NCBI GenBank assembly: GCA_963772725.1
Contig: CAVYYI010000004.1
Location: 1-64,000, forward strand
DNA from: an uncultured Phycisphaerales bacterium
GTDB taxonomy: Bacteria > Planctomycetota > Phycisphaerae > Sedimentisphaerales > Anaerobacaceae
Direction of reading: 5' to 3'
DNA length: 64,000 nt
Shown: positions 30,607 to 41,310 of the stretch, one piece after another
How positions within the stretch are numbered: position 1 is the stretch's first letter
Layout: each line of letters opens with the position of its first letter
The notes under the pieces: model-generated
What the model saw: the letters and a program-made list of their open reading frames with translations, nothing else
Databases searched by the model: none
Told to the model about the DNA's origin: nothing
Made by a program: the position numbers and the translations under genes

Positions 30607-33588
30607 TTAGTGGTAAGCGAATATATTTCCTTTTGAGTCTAACAAGTACAAAAATCCGTCATAATATGACGGCGGCGATAAAAACTGCTTGTTAGACATT
30701 ATTATTTCAAATTTATGGCTATTTGTTTTAGATGTATCTTCATTAAGGTCTTGAATAATTTCTCCTGTGTTCAGGTCGACTATATATATTCCGTTCTCCC
30801 ATATCATAATCACATGACGACCAACAATGATGGGAGAGGTTACATGCCAACCAAGTTTTATGGGGAGCATCCATCGCTTTTGACCTGTTTTTATATCAAG
30901 CGCATAAAAGTTTTCGCCAGGCTCAAGATTTTGGTTTTTACCTGCAAAAACTACTGTCTCAGAATCACAGGCAGCGGCAGTAGCAAAAGGCTGGTCAATT
31001 TTATATTGCCAAAGTATCTTGCCGCTATTGACATCAAAAGCAGAAAAATATCCGCAGCGGTCATTTTTTGAAATATTTTTACAGGAAAACGCAAAAACTT
31101 TGTCTGAGTTGTAACATAAAGAGCTTAAATAATAAAATATGCTTCCAGAGTCACTCCAAGGACTTCCTGAATAATCATCAAATTCAAATTTCCAGATAAT
31201 TCTTCCGTTTTCCAAATCTCTTGCGATGAGTGAACGATAATCGGCATAAATGATTTTACCTCCTGCGATTATCGGCTTCGTAATCGCATTATAAACTCCT
31301 TCTTTCCAGATTTCCATACCATCTGTGGCATTGAGTGCACTGATATATCCGCCCTGATTCAATGAGACAATAATACCATCCGATAGAGTCACCATTGTTT
31401 CCTGACTTTTACCTTGACCTGGAAGATGTGTCATCCATATTTCTTTCCAAGTTCCTTTTTCATAAGCTGAAAGAATTTTTTCACCTCGAAGCACATAAAT
31501 ATAATTATTCGAAATTACCGGTGTTGTATTAATTCCTTCTTTTATCGAAATATTCGCTAATATCTCACCAGTCTTTCGGTCTAAAATATGAATGCCATAT
31601 CCATCATCGGGCGCCATTCTGCTTACATATAAATAATTTTCATCAACAAGCGGCGATGCCCAGCCGGAATGATATGAAGATAATTTAAATGATTGTTTCC
31701 AAGCCAGTTTAAGCGGCAGTGTCAAAGTGTCTTTCACATAACCACTGTTAGATAAATCACGATTGTATTTAGGCCATCCATTCTCCGACAAATTGAGTTT
31801 TGCTGCTGCCGCATGTCTTTTTGCTATTTTACTCTCAGCGAATTTTTTACATTCATTCTGAACTTTTTTCAAGGATTCATCCAGGCTAATATTGTAAATA
31901 TCATTTGCGTCAAATAAGAACTCGAGAGCAAAAAAAGGACCGAGTTCTTTTAGCATAAGCTGTGTAACATCTTCTCTTATATTATTTGGCCCGCGTACCC
32001 TGAAGCTGTATCGAATTTTTTGATTTGGGCTGACATATTCCATGATATTGGCTTTTTCACCTCCATATAGGGTACATTCCTTAATTGTTATAGGATAACC
32101 ATAAATAAATTCTTTTGCGGTCAATATTCCGGAACCATAACTATAATCGTCAGACGGAGTTGTCCTGATAAATTCTCCATTGAGTGGAGGGTCTATCGGC
32201 TTTAATCTGCGTAAAAAGCCCCAATTTGCTTCTACATCAAGAGGATTTGAATGGTCGTAGAAATAACTGCCGCTGGTATTCTCAATAACATTTTGTAACT
32301 CTTTGGGGTATTTTTTGTATGCAAGTTCTAAAAGCCTATCGTATATATTATCTTCAATTTTTGAACATACCACCCGTGTTGAAGCCTTAACCCCATTAGT
32401 CTGGTTTAGCAGTTTTTCCACATGCAAAGGACTGATTGTCTCAGCTATCGCTGCAATTACTTGAGGAAGATGGGCTATTACCTTTTCCTTTGATGCAAAT
32501 ATGGAATTCCAATCCAAAAAATAAATCATAATACTTCGATAATTATATTGTTTTACCTGTGATAACTCCTGGGCAGGTATATCCTCTTTCTCAATAACAA
32601 TCGTCCTGCCTTCGGAAAACCAAAAAGCCGTATGTGTTACATCAGGCATCGATGGCTGTTCAAGATAAGGGAACTCCATCTTTGTCTTCCGGCTTATGTC
32701 AAACATCCACTTCCCGCAAATGATTTTACCATTATCAGGCGACCAGAATAACTTCTTGCCATATAGAAAGGTTTCACCATCTTTTGATTGCTGATAAATT
32801 CGCTTTTTCTCCAACGTTTTGGCGGTAACCACATCTATAAAACAATTTCCGTCCTTTTCACGCCCCAAACACGCTATATATTGTCCATCTGGAGATAGAG
32901 AATAATGTTCCGCTGAACACACTTCTTTGATTATTTTATCTGATATTTTCATATAAAAAAGTTTTTGGTCCAATGTAAAGTATATATACTTAGAGTCTAA
33001 AGAAAAGATAGAGTTTGCGGGTTTTATCCATGCCGACTTTTCCGGTAGATTGATAATATTATAAAATTTTTCCTTTTCAATATCATACAAGGCAATCCCT
33101 TTATTAATGTCGAATGCCAGAATCCTTTCATCCGATGTCCAGGAGGGTAATCCGTTATATTTAATATCAATTTTTAAATGCTTCAAATAGGTTCCATCAG
33201 CATTCATTAGCCATAATTCACCATCATTTTTAATGAAAAGGATTGAATTATCTTTAGTGCTAAAAATAGGATTTCTCTTAAAGCCCTCTCCCAAAGTCAA
33301 CTGCTTTTGTTGGCTCCCATCGGACTTCATAATCCATATTTGGGATCTCGGTTTGTATAAATCATTCTGTTGTTCACTTGACTCATCTAATTTGGCAAAC
33401 ACTAATTTTTGTTCATCGCAGGAAAGAGATGGATTCCATGCCTTATCCACAAGTGTTCTATTTTGAATACGAACCGCTTGTGGTGGAATATCTATCAATG
33501 GTTCGTCAGCTAATAATCCGCATGAAAAGCTTAAAATAAAGGCAGAAAATAACATTATCAATTTGTTAGTATTTTTCCTAGTTTTCAT
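30607..33588 (-). CDS. Secreted protein with a TolB/PD40-like propeller, an unknown linker and a PQQ/BamB-like propeller
   Basis: Signal peptide; IWIMKSDGS, LSPDG and WSPDNG motifs; LPLKLAWK, ALNATDGMEIW and AFDVNSGKILW motifs; AT-rich. Confidence 0.8.
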   Translation of the reverse strand: MKTRKNTNKLIMLFSAFILSFSCGLLADEPLIDIPPQAVRIQNRTLVDKAWNPSLSCDEQKLVFAKLDESSEQQNDLYKPRSQIWIMKSDGSQQKQLTLGEGFKRNPIFSTKDNSILFIKNDGELWLMNADGTYLKHLKIDIKYNGLPSWTSDERILAFDINKGIALYDIEKEKFYNIINLPEKSAWIKPANSIFSLDSKYIYFTLDQKLFYMKISDKIIKEVCSAEHYSLSPDGQYIACLGREKDGNCFIDVVTAKTLEKKRIYQQSKDGETFLYGKKLFWSPDNGKIICGKWMFDISRKTKMEFPYLEQPSMPDVTHTAFWFSEGRTIVIEKEDIPAQELSQVKQYNYRSIMIYFLDWNSIFASKEKVIAHLPQVIAAIAETISPLHVEKLLNQTNGVKASTRVVCSKIEDNIYDRLLELAYKKYPKELQNVIENTSGSYFYDHSNPLDVEANWGFLRRLKPIDPPLNGEFIRTTPSDDYSYGSGILTAKEFIYGYPITIKECTLYGGEKANIMEYVSPNQKIRYSFRVRGPNNIREDVTQLMLKELGPFFALEFLFDANDIYNISLDESLKKVQNECKKFAESKIAKRHAAAAKLNLSENGWPKYNRDLSNSGYVKDTLTLPLKLAWKQSFKLSSYHSGWASPLVDENYLYVSRMAPDDGYGIHILDRKTGEILANISIKEGINTTPVISNNYIYVLRGEKILSAYEKGTWKEIWMTHLPGQGKSQETMVTLSDGIIVSLNQGGYISALNATDGMEIWKEGVYNAITKPIIAGGKIIYADYRSLIARDLENGRIIWKFEFDDYSGSPWSDSGSIFYYLSSLCYNSDKVFAFSCKNISKNDRCGYFSAFDVNSGKILWQYKIDQPFATAAACDSETVVFAGKNQNLEPGENFYALDIKTGQKRWMLPIKLGWHVTSPIIVGRHVIMIWENGIYIVDLNTGEIIQDLNEDTSKTNSHKFEIIMSNKQFLSPPSYYDGFLYLLDSKGNIFAYH

Positions 33589-33696
33589 TTTTCCGCTCTT
33601 TTATATAGGTTGTATATTCTTATTCTCAGGTTTTCCAGTAAGATTTGCAAGTAAAAGTTTTGTAAAAAGTTTGTAAAAAAAGTCCTGGGAAATTCG

Positions 33697-33759
33697 TCGC
33701 CGTGCCGGCACCGCTAAACGTGATAAACAACCCGCCGAATGAATCGGCGGGCTAACTAT
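33697..33759. repeat. Two REP-like elements
   Basis: TCGCCGTGCCGGCACCGCTAAACG; AACCCGCCGAATGAATCGGCGGGCTAACTAT hairpin, with a relative at 39547. Confidence 0.6.
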
Positions 33760-33784
33760 TATGTGTTATGGTGAAAAGTATGAA

Positions 33785-34711
33785 TTAATATTTGTCAATT
33801 GGCTGGATTACTCTGTCCTGCTGGTCGCGAAGGCTGATGAATTTCGCGCCGCTGAGAAGCGAGCCGATCTCTTTGTAATATGAATACAGTCTGGCGAGCT
33901 TTTCCTTATCGGGTGCTTCGAGATATCGCTGCCACATGCCGCATTCAGCCCCCCAGATAACCTCGGTTTCGTTGGTTGTGTAAAGGACAATGTGGGGGAG
34001 ACGATTGCTCTGGCGCCCATTAAAATTAGTTACGTCAATTCTCTGAATTTCACAAAGCAAAGGCTTATCAGGCGTTACGGCTGCGTCCATCTGGTCGAGT
34101 TTCGCTATTATCTCCACCGCCGCCTTTATATCCTCAATTTGAATAACCTTACCGGGGGCAGGCGGTTTAGCGATATCGCAAAATCCCGTAACCTCGACTA
34201 TTGGTATATTGCTCACCGGCACATAATCGAGAGCAACCATATCCGAATCGACGTAAAATTCACACAAATTTGATTTAACCAAAACTATAGGCTTACGCCA
34301 TTTCGCGGTTATTTTCAGCCGGTCATTTGTTGTCTGAACTTTTATGTTATCCAGCCACGCAATATACTTTTCGAGGTTCTGCTGCACGGAAATGGCGGCG
34401 TTTTCGTCAAGTTTCAGGTTCTCGCCATTTGCCTTGGAAGCATCGTAAATTTTTTGTTTAAGTTCTTCAGTAAGCCATTTTGGCGCAGACTCTAATTCGA
34501 GCATTCCAATCTGCTCTGAAACTGGGACAACTTTACGCACATAGCGATTTAGATATACAAAGCCGACCCCGATACCGACGAACACACATACAACCGCGAA
34601 CACCTTGAGTACGTTGAGCCAGTTGACACTTGTCACGCTGCGGCTTGTTTTCCTGAACGAGTCGCCAAGCTTGAAAAATACTCTATTGCCATTTGTTTTA
34701 TTTTTTGCCAT
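33785..34711 (-). CDS. ftsQ: FtsQ/DivIB-like membrane protein
   Basis: Follows ddl; single TM; WLDNIKVQ...WRKPIVLV and YVDSD; IDVTNF...VIWG. Confidence 0.6.
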   Translation of the reverse strand: MAKNKTNGNRVFFKLGDSFRKTSRSVTSVNWLNVLKVFAVVCVFVGIGVGFVYLNRYVRKVVPVSEQIGMLELESAPKWLTEELKQKIYDASKANGENLKLDENAAISVQQNLEKYIAWLDNIKVQTTNDRLKITAKWRKPIVLVKSNLCEFYVDSDMVALDYVPVSNIPIVEVTGFCDIAKPPAPGKVIQIEDIKAAVEIIAKLDQMDAAVTPDKPLLCEIQRIDVTNFNGRQSNRLPHIVLYTTNETEVIWGAECGMWQRYLEAPDKEKLARLYSYYKEIGSLLSGAKFISLRDQQDRVIQPIDKY

Positions 34712-34716
34712 TTGAG

Positions 34717-35676
34717 TTAATTAGCGGCCTTAAGGGAGGCTCTTTGACGTTTCTTGTCCTCGAATGTCTGAATAATAATTTTAGCGCATAAATCACTCAT
34801 TGAAAGTCCTGTTTCCGCAGCCGCTTTTGGCAGCAGCGAATGATTCGTAAATCCCGGCAGCGTATTCGCCTCAAGCGCAAATACCTCACCGCAGTTATCA
34901 ATTATAAAATCGATTCTCGCGAAACCGCGGCATCCGATAGCGTTAAAACACTGCTGCGCCGCCTGCTTAATTTTCTTTTCCAATTCATCATCATTAATTG
35001 TGCCGAAGAGAAATTCTGTTCGGTCATCAATGTACTTGGCGTGATAATCGTAAAATTCCTCTTTGGGTCTGATTTCAATTATCGGCAGGGCCTGGCCGAA
35101 AAGGATACCTACGGTTATTTCACGGCCCTCTATAAACTGTTCAATCATACAGTCGCCGAACTCCGTGAGGCATTTTTTCGCCGCAGGCATGACTTTATGA
35201 TAATCCTTTACAATCTCCACACCGACACTGCTGCCCTGCTCTATGGGCTTTATAACAAACCTGTCCGAAAAACGGCGCAGTTTATTTTCAAGCGTTTTAA
35301 AATCCATTTTGTTATTGAATTCAATCGCCTGCGGCACCGCCACACTGGCATCGGCAAACGCCTTTTTGCTCAGCATCTTGTTGAAGCCAAGCCTGCTCGC
35401 CTCCGGGCCGCTGCCTGTATAAACCAGCCCCTTATCTTCGAGAATCCGCTGAAGCTGGCCGTCCTCACCGAATTTGCCGTGCAGCGCCAGGAAGAACACA
35501 TCGATACCCGGCTCATCGAGTATCCGCATATTATCAGGCGTAATATCGAACAGTACGACATCAAAACCGGCATCTTTCAACGCTGCGTAAACACTCTTTC
35601 CGCTTTGGATGCTTACCTTGCGTTCCTGACCGATGCCTCCGTAAAGAACGGCTGTCTTTAGCTTGCTGATTTTCAT
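34717..35676 (-). CDS. ddl: D-alanine--D-alanine ligase
   Basis: LHGKFGEDG, QGSSVGV, FYDYHAKY and EANTLPGFT motifs. Confidence 0.95.
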   Translation of the reverse strand: MKISKLKTAVLYGGIGQERKVSIQSGKSVYAALKDAGFDVVLFDITPDNMRILDEPGIDVFFLALHGKFGEDGQLQRILEDKGLVYTGSGPEASRLGFNKMLSKKAFADASVAVPQAIEFNNKMDFKTLENKLRRFSDRFVIKPIEQGSSVGVEIVKDYHKVMPAAKKCLTEFGDCMIEQFIEGREITVGILFGQALPIIEIRPKEEFYDYHAKYIDDRTEFLFGTINDDELEKKIKQAAQQCFNAIGCRGFARIDFIIDNCGEVFALEANTLPGFTNHSLLPKAAAETGLSMSDLCAKIIIQTFEDKKRQRASLKAAN

Positions 35677-35734
35677 CTTATTTAACGCTATCTAAAAATC
35701 CCGATTAAAGGATTATATGACGAATGCTAATTAT

Positions 35735-36616
35735 CTATTTCCAGATTTCAATCTCAAGTTCGAGATTGATATCAAATTTGTCTTTTACTTTTTCTTTCAC
35801 AACGTCTATCAGCTTCATAACATCGCTGCTGGTACATCCCTTTTCAGCTACGATGAAATTCGCGTGCTTCTCGCTTACTACCGCGCCGCCGATGCGTGTT
35901 CCTTTGAGTCCAGCGCGGTCAATCAATGCTCCCGCAGCCATTCCTTGCGGATTTTTGAACACGCACCCGGAATTTTTTGTGTTCAGCGGCTGATTGTTCT
36001 TCTTATACACCCAGATTTCCTTTACCGAACGCATTATTTCTTCGGGGTCTCCGGAATTTAATTTTATCCTGCGCACCAGAATAAAAGGCGCCGCGATATT
36101 TGTGCTGCGATAATCGAATACAAGCTCCGGTTTGTGCTTCTCTGTTAATTTTCCGTGACTATCCATCAGCTTTACACTTTCCACCGCTGAACCAATGTCC
36201 CCGAAGCTGCCTCCGGCGTTCATTCGCACGGCTCCGCCGATAGAACCCGGTATGCCGGTCAGGGCTTCGAGTCCGGATAGCCCTTTTTTCACACAGTTGA
36301 GAATCAGTTTGCCAAGGTCAGCACCTGCGCCGGCGGTTAATTGCTCGCCGTTGAATTCCACAGCGGAAAACTGCTCGGATTCGAGCTTTATTACCGCGCC
36401 GCGAACGCCGTCGTCGCTTACAAGAAGATTCGACCCGAAGCCAAGCACACGCATCGGTACGGCGTTTTCATTACACCGCCGAACAACTTCCTGAAGTTGC
36501 TCAACCGTCTGCGGAGTAATAAAATAATCCGCGTTGCCGCCCAGTCCGTACCACGTGGCATTGGCCAGCCGAAAATTCGTTTTAACGATTTGTTCTAAGC
36601 CACTGAATATACTCAT
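35735..36616 (-). CDS. murB: UDP-N-acetylmuramate dehydrogenase
   Basis: GFGSNLL, GIPGSIGGAVRMNAG, SGCVFKNP and SEKHANF motifs. Confidence 0.95.
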   Translation of the reverse strand: MSIFSGLEQIVKTNFRLANATWYGLGGNADYFITPQTVEQLQEVVRRCNENAVPMRVLGFGSNLLVSDDGVRGAVIKLESEQFSAVEFNGEQLTAGAGADLGKLILNCVKKGLSGLEALTGIPGSIGGAVRMNAGGSFGDIGSAVESVKLMDSHGKLTEKHKPELVFDYRSTNIAAPFILVRRIKLNSGDPEEIMRSVKEIWVYKKNNQPLNTKNSGCVFKNPQGMAAGALIDRAGLKGTRIGGAVVSEKHANFIVAEKGCTSSDVMKLIDVVKEKVKDKFDINLELEIEIWK

Positions 36617-38051
36617 CTGCAACCTTCCAGATATCCCCGGCTCCCATTGTTACAACCAAATCGCCGGTCGCCAGGTTCTTCTTTAGATAATCGACAATTC
36701 CTTCAAAACTGTTGATAAATATTGCCTCAGACCCTTTTGCCCTGATTCGCTGAACCAGTATTTCGGCATTAACTTCCATCTTCATGGCCTGTGTATCACG
36801 TACAAAATAAATCTCCGGCACTATTGTTATATCGGCAAGCTTAAAGCTTTCCGCAAAATCATCAAGTAAAAACCTTGTTCTGCTGTACTGATGTGGCTGA
36901 AATATGCATAAAAGCCGCTTCGGCTCATATTTCCCGCGTATCGCCTGCAGCGACGCCCTGATTTCCGTGGGGTGATGAGCGTAATCATCGAGGATGGTAA
37001 TCCCATCTATCTTTTCCTTGAACATAACCCTGCGGTCCATACCGGTAAAGCCGCCGAGCAGTTCGAGCGTTAAATGAGGCGATAGCCCCGCGTAAGTCGC
37101 CATCGCCGTAACCGCCAGGGCATTTAATACGTTATGTTCGCCCGCCAGTGAAATCCTCGTCGAACCGAGCAGGGCTTTATTGTGATAAACATCGAACGAA
37201 TAACATCCGTTGACCGCCCGCAGATTCTGTGCCGAGAAATTGCAGTTCTTATCCAATCCGAAGGTTTCATACCGCAAACTTCCGGGCAACCTCGCGATGA
37301 GCTTTGTGCTGTTCGCATCCTGACCATTTATAATCAGTACACCGCTGGGTTGTATGCCCATAGCGAAATCGTAAAAAGCGTCAACGATTTCCGCTTCGTC
37401 CCTATAATAATCCAGGTGGTCCTGCTCAATATTCAGGATACAGCCGATTTTGGGCTTTAGATTGAGAAAACTCCTGTCATATTCGCACGCCTCGGCCACG
37501 AAATATTTGCCGTTGCCCACGCCGGAAGAACTATCCAACTGGTTGAGCTTTGCGCCGATAATGAAACTCGGCTCAAGCCCGGCCTGCTGCATACAATATG
37601 TCAGCCAGCCGCTGGTTGTGCTTTTGCCGTGTGTGCCGCTGACGGCGATGCCCTCATATCGCTCCATCGCTTTTCCGAGCATCTGAGCGTATTTATAAAT
37701 TTTGCACCCTCTCGTGCGGGCCAGCATCAGTTCGGGGTTGTCCTCTTTAACCGCCGCCGAAATCACCACCGTATCTGTCCCGTCTGGCAGATTATCTGCG
37801 TTATGCCCGATTCTGATGGCTGCCCCTTTTTCATTGAGTGTTTCAGTTACGGGGCTGCCGGTCTGGTCTGAGCCGCTGACGATAGCCTGATGTTTCATAA
37901 GAATCTGTGCCAAGCCGCTCATTCCGATACCGCCCACGCCGATGAAGTGAAATTTTTTACCTTCCACGCTGCCGACTCCGTTCAATCTTACCGGCCTGTG
38001 ACGCTGTAAACTCTGCGCCGCACGCCGGCTTTCTATACTTAGCTTTGGCAT
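36582..38051 (-). CDS. murC: UDP-N-acetylmuramate--L-alanine ligase
   Basis: GVGGIGMSGLA, GTHGKSTT, EACEYD, DDYAHHPTE and FQPHQYSRT motifs. Confidence 0.95.
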   Translation of the reverse strand: MPKLSIESRRAAQSLQRHRPVRLNGVGSVEGKKFHFIGVGGIGMSGLAQILMKHQAIVSGSDQTGSPVTETLNEKGAAIRIGHNADNLPDGTDTVVISAAVKEDNPELMLARTRGCKIYKYAQMLGKAMERYEGIAVSGTHGKSTTSGWLTYCMQQAGLEPSFIIGAKLNQLDSSSGVGNGKYFVAEACEYDRSFLNLKPKIGCILNIEQDHLDYYRDEAEIVDAFYDFAMGIQPSGVLIINGQDANSTKLIARLPGSLRYETFGLDKNCNFSAQNLRAVNGCYSFDVYHNKALLGSTRISLAGEHNVLNALAVTAMATYAGLSPHLTLELLGGFTGMDRRVMFKEKIDGITILDDYAHHPTEIRASLQAIRGKYEPKRLLCIFQPHQYSRTRFLLDDFAESFKLADITIVPEIYFVRDTQAMKMEVNAEILVQRIRAKGSEAIFINSFEGIVDYLKKNLATGDLVVTMGAGDIWKVADEYIQWLRTNR

Positions 38052-38192
38052 AAATCTTAATAATCCTTTATTCTGCTGCTTATCTATTATTACACGCTTA
38101 GCCAGTTTAACACAAAATCCAGCTAAGCAAAAGAAAATTTTGCCCCGATTTGCCTATGTTTAGCACTCATCTTTCTCATTAACACGCAATCA

Positions 38193-39204
38193 TCAAATTA
38201 TCCTAAGTACGGCGGCAGCCCGCAATTTACCGTCTTTGAGCATCAGCAGGGAATCGTTCGCGTCGGCAAGAGCAAATTCCTCAAATACAGGCTTGATGCC
38301 AGCCTTAGCGGCGAGGGGCAAAAATTCCTCCGCGTCCTGTCGGGTAACATTTGCCACACTTTTTATTTCTTTCTCATGCCAAAGATATTTCGCGTAGTCC
38401 ATCTGCGGGATAAGCGTACTCTTCCGGGTGGCATTGATTACAAGTCTTCCGCCCGGACGAAGATTCTGCATCGCAAAGGGGATAACTTCTCCTGCTGGGG
38501 TAGTATCTATGGCGCAATCATATTTTTCCGGCGGCGATACATCTTCAAGACCGGCCCAATCCTGCGCCAAGTTTTATCGCAAGCTTGCGGTGATGTTCTC
38601 CTCTTGTAACCACGAAAACTTTTGAATTTGGGAATTTATATTGGACAATCTGTATTACCAGATGCGCGGAATCGCCGAAACCTATAAGGCACAAGCTTTG
38701 GCCATCGGTTAACCCTGTAAGCCTTAAAGAGCGATAGCCGATAACTCCTGCGCATAAAAGCGGAGCCGCCTGGGCATCGCTGAATTTCTCAGGAATAGGA
38801 TACGCAAAATCAGCGGATATAGCCATATATTCTGCATATCCGCCGTTAGCGTCAAGGCCTGTCCATTTGGCCTTTTCGCATAGATTTTCTCTTCCGTTTT
38901 TGCAAAAGTCACACACTCCGCAGCTCAAATAAATCCACGCTACGCCGACCCTGTCACCCGGCGAAAACTTTTTAACATTCTTCCCGCATTGTGCCACCTG
39001 ACCCACAATCTGATGACCCAATATAATGGGCAATCTCGGCGGCTTGAGCCTGTCTTCTATTTCGTCGAGGTCCGTATGGCATTGTCCGCAGGCTTTTATT
39101 TTTATCAGTATCTGGTCATCTGCCGCTTTGGGCATCTCAACATCCCGAAGCTTTAAGGGCTTGTCCTCCATCTTCGCAGTATGTTCCAATACCATCGCTT
39201 TCAT
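38193..39204 (-). CDS. Zn-dependent alcohol dehydrogenase family protein, frameshift near 38560
   Basis: CHTD, GHQ, CGVCDFC and APLLCAGVIGYR; C-terminal EIKSVANVTRQD is in a second frame. Confidence 0.88.
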
Positions 39205-39209
39205 ATTCT

Positions 39210-39533
39210 TTACCGAACGATTATTTTCATTTTTTTTAATCGCAGGCGCGGACACTCCTTCTGTAGTTTTTTAAGGAGTTCACAGCTGCATAGCTGCATC
39301 TCATAGACATAAGACGATGAATCTGCTTCAACTGTAAGTTGGCCATTTAAAATATCCACAATCTTGCAATGCCGCGAGAGTTCCGCAGGTAATATTTTAT
39401 TCCATTGCTGGAGCAAAGAATCATACTTGCCGCGCTTCGGGAGGATATGAGTATTCATAATCTCGCTGACAATCTCGCCGAGTGAGGCGGGCTGTGCTGG
39501 TTCTCTCTTTTGGTTTTTATCTGCGCTGTTCAC
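39210..39533 (-). CDS. DUF721/DciA-family protein
   Basis: WNKILPAELSRHC..GQLTVEADSS pattern; located downstream of dnaN. Confidence 0.75.
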   Translation of the reverse strand: MNSADKNQKREPAQPASLGEIVSEIMNTHILPKRGKYDSLLQQWNKILPAELSRHCKIVDILNGQLTVEADSSSYVYEMQLCSCELLKKLQKECPRLRLKKMKIIVR

Positions 39534-39546
39534 TTTTCCAAGTAAT

Positions 39547-39600
39547 AACCCCGCGGATAAACCCTTCGATAAACTCAGGGCAGGTCGCGGGGCTAACTAT
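39547..39600. repeat. Nested REP-like palindromes
   Basis: AACCCCGCGGATAAA|CCCTTCGATAAACTCAGGGCAGG|TCGCGGGGCTAACTAT. Confidence 0.6.
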
Positions 39601-39631
39601 ACCCTAAACCTTATGTCCTAAAACCTGTTTC

Positions 39632-40745
39632 TCAGCCAAGATTGATGGGCATCAGAACGTAAAGAAAATCTTTCCCGCTTTTTAACAGGCCGGGCCTGTC
39701 GGATTGTCCAAGCTCAAGTTCAAATTCCGGTGTTTTGATTACACGCAGGGCGTCAACCACAAATTGAGGATTGAAGCCTATTTCGATGGGTTCGCCCTTA
39801 TAATCTATGGCCATCTCAATCTGTGCGTCGCCTGTCTCCGGGGCCTTGCAGGAGAACACCAGTTTCTTTTTGCCAATCGCGAATTTAATTCCCCTGGATT
39901 CCTCATTTACCAGCAGGGCCGAACGCCGTACGGCACTGAGAGTCGCCTCGGTAGGCAGAACAAGCTTTTTGTCGTAATCGGTGGGAATGATGTCCTCATA
40001 TTTCGGGGAAGCTGCCTTCGACCAGGTTTGAGCTGATGACCACGTTCGCGCATCGCATCAATATCTGATTATCGACGAGTTTAACTGAAACTGTATCTTT
40101 CTCCTTGTCGCTGCTGCCGATTTTGCTCAAAAGCGCCATGGCTTTCGCGGGGACTATTATCTTGGCTGACGCGATATGCTCGCTTGGCGCAGCGTTTAAG
40201 TCCACCTTTGTTTTCACCAGCCTTCTGCCGTCGGTGGCGACTAAAAAGAGTTTTTTACCCTTGATTTCCCATAATACGCCGTTCAGCGCGTAGCGGGTAC
40301 TTTCTTTTGCTGTCGCGAAGAGGCACTGCTCAATTCCTGTCTGGAGATTTTGCAGGCCGACCTCTATATCAGCACTGCCGTCAAACCATGGGACTATCGG
40401 GAACTGTTCAGCCTGCTGGCCGTAAATTGTGAAATGGCTGTCCGCCCCCTTAATTTCGCACGTGCCTTCTTTGGCCTGCATAGAAAGCACATCATCCAGG
40501 CTCTCCCGGGCGATAGCCGCCAATCTGTCCGCCGGCACAATAACCTCACCAGCCTCTTCTACCTGAACCTCCGCAAGCGTATAGCAGATGCCAGCCTCAA
40601 GGTCTGTACCGCAAATCCGCACATCTTTTTCGCCTGCCTTGATATGCACACACCGCAAAATAGGTTTAGGTGTTCTGCCTGGCACGACCGACGTTACTAA
40701 ATTCAATGCTCCGCAAAGCGCTTCCCTGTTAAAGTTCACTTTCAT
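39632..40745 (-). CDS. dnaN: DNA polymerase III beta clamp, frameshift near 40003
   Basis: GTDLE, ESTRYALNGV, VATDGRRL, EGSFP|KYEDII, IGFNPQFV and YVLMPI motifs. Confidence 0.95.
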
Positions 40746-40847
40746 CTGCGTTCTCCTAAGTTTTCTCCTGCTCTATTTGAGGATAGAGTTTAACAGCGGA
40801 AGTGATGTTCTTCAACTCTTTTTTATAAAAAAACGTTCTTTTTATGG

Positions 40848-40891
40848 AAAAACAAAAGCCTGACCGACCAAACATTTGGTCCGCCAGGCTT
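40848..40891 (-). terminator. Probable terminator between the hypothetical gene and dnaN
   Basis: AAGCCTG..ACCAAA/TTTGGT..CAGGCTT hairpin with a U-tract on the minus strand. Confidence 0.6.
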
Positions 40892-40922
40892 GATTTAACA
40901 TACAATTGTAGTGCGGCTGTTT

Positions 40923-41310
40923 TTATTCTGTTTTAGCAGGGGGTGTTCTCGTTCTGCCGCCGTAACCTGCACCAGGTCTCATGCTGGGATTAGCCAGTCT
41001 TTCCTTAAACGCCTTTTCTTCCTGGGCAATATACTTATCTAAGGCAGCCACCGTTTTAGTGGCTTTTTCCTCTTCGGCTATTGCGAATTTCTTTCAACGG
41101 AGCAAGTCGTTTCTCAAGCATCTGTTTGGCCATTTCTTCTCTATTGGCTGGCGCCGTTCTTTTTGCCATGCTGTTGCTGTCATTGGCATCATGCAGTCTC
41201 GCTTTTTTAACGGCTGTATCTTTTGCTGTTCCCTTGGCCTTCGGCGCGGCAACGCACACCGTTGTCATCACCAAAGCCGCAACAATTCCAATTACCATCA
41301 ACTTCTTCAT
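40923..41310 (-). CDS. Small secreted helical protein, frameshift near 41085
   Basis: GGAG RBS; MKKLMVIG signal peptide; continues as AIAEEEKATKTVAALDK...PAKTE* in a second frame. Confidence 0.6.
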
